Of a DNA stretch of 46,324 nucleotides, positions 46,134 through 46,324 are shown piece after piece. Within the stretch, counting starts at the first letter, position 1; every line of letters starts with the position of its first letter. A program made the translations under genes and the position numbers. Under the pieces are notes generated by a model that saw only the letters and a program-made list of their open reading frames with translations, searched no databases and was not told where the DNA came from. The stretch is from a virus (lineage: Duplodnaviria > Caudoviricetes), in the IMG/VR virus record IMGVR_UViG_3300002091_000047, positions 1-46,324 of that record; one strand, 5' to 3'.

Positions 46134-46324
46134 ATGTCATTAGAAAAAGAAATTTTGGAATTTACAAATTGGTTATACACTAACAATTGGAAACTAATTG
46201 GTGATTTAATTAAGGAATGGGTTAACGCTAATGTCGCCTCTATTGAATGTGGATTGGGTTATAAGGCTATAAATCAATGTGCTAGAGGTAAAACAAAAAC
46301 GTCGGGAGGTTTTGTTTGGAAATA
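46134..46324 (+). CDS. partial ORF ending in a NUMOD1-like motif (runs off the window)
   Basis: MSLEKEILEFTNWLYTNNWKLIGDLIKEWVNANVASIECGLGYKAINQCARGKTKTSGGFVWK; TATCTTTG box at 46104. Confidence 0.6.
   Translation, partial: MSLEKEILEFTNWLYTNNWKLIGDLIKEWVNANVASIECGLGYKAINQCARGKTKTSGGFVWK

Noticed and set aside
1-46324. Alternative genetic code or suppressor tRNA
   Set aside because: Recognisable genes are intact in code 11, and no CTA, TTA or TCA anticodon was found

Overview
AT-rich, gene-dense segment of what is most likely a large (jumbo) tailed phage of a Bacteroidota host. Evidence for the host: repeated TAnnTTTG/TTTG promoters, Q-rule signal peptides, a T9SS C-terminal domain and a DnaK with DCGGGTHDVS. 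Standard code 11 reads through cleanly. The window holds two tRNA/ncRNA arrays (1-620 minus; 42390-45535 plus), proteostasis genes (ClpP, SlyD-like FKBP, and DnaK split by an ORF-less group I intron at 23182-23539), and an anticodon-domain-less AsnRS-like enzyme behind an Asn-Asn leader peptide and terminator. It also has five free-standing homing-endonuclease-like genes, a GH19 endolysin, and many probable head proteins sharing an I/L-x-E motif. The most unusual region is an ~8 kb cluster of exported proteins (11722-20126): a cohesin/dockerin/T9SS-CTD protein, two CsgG-like paralogues, an N/S/Q-rich putative beta-barrel protein and a nested C-type-lectin/LamG dockerin protein, which together suggest a phage-encoded cell-surface assembly system. 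All family assignments come from reading motifs by eye; no database searches were run.
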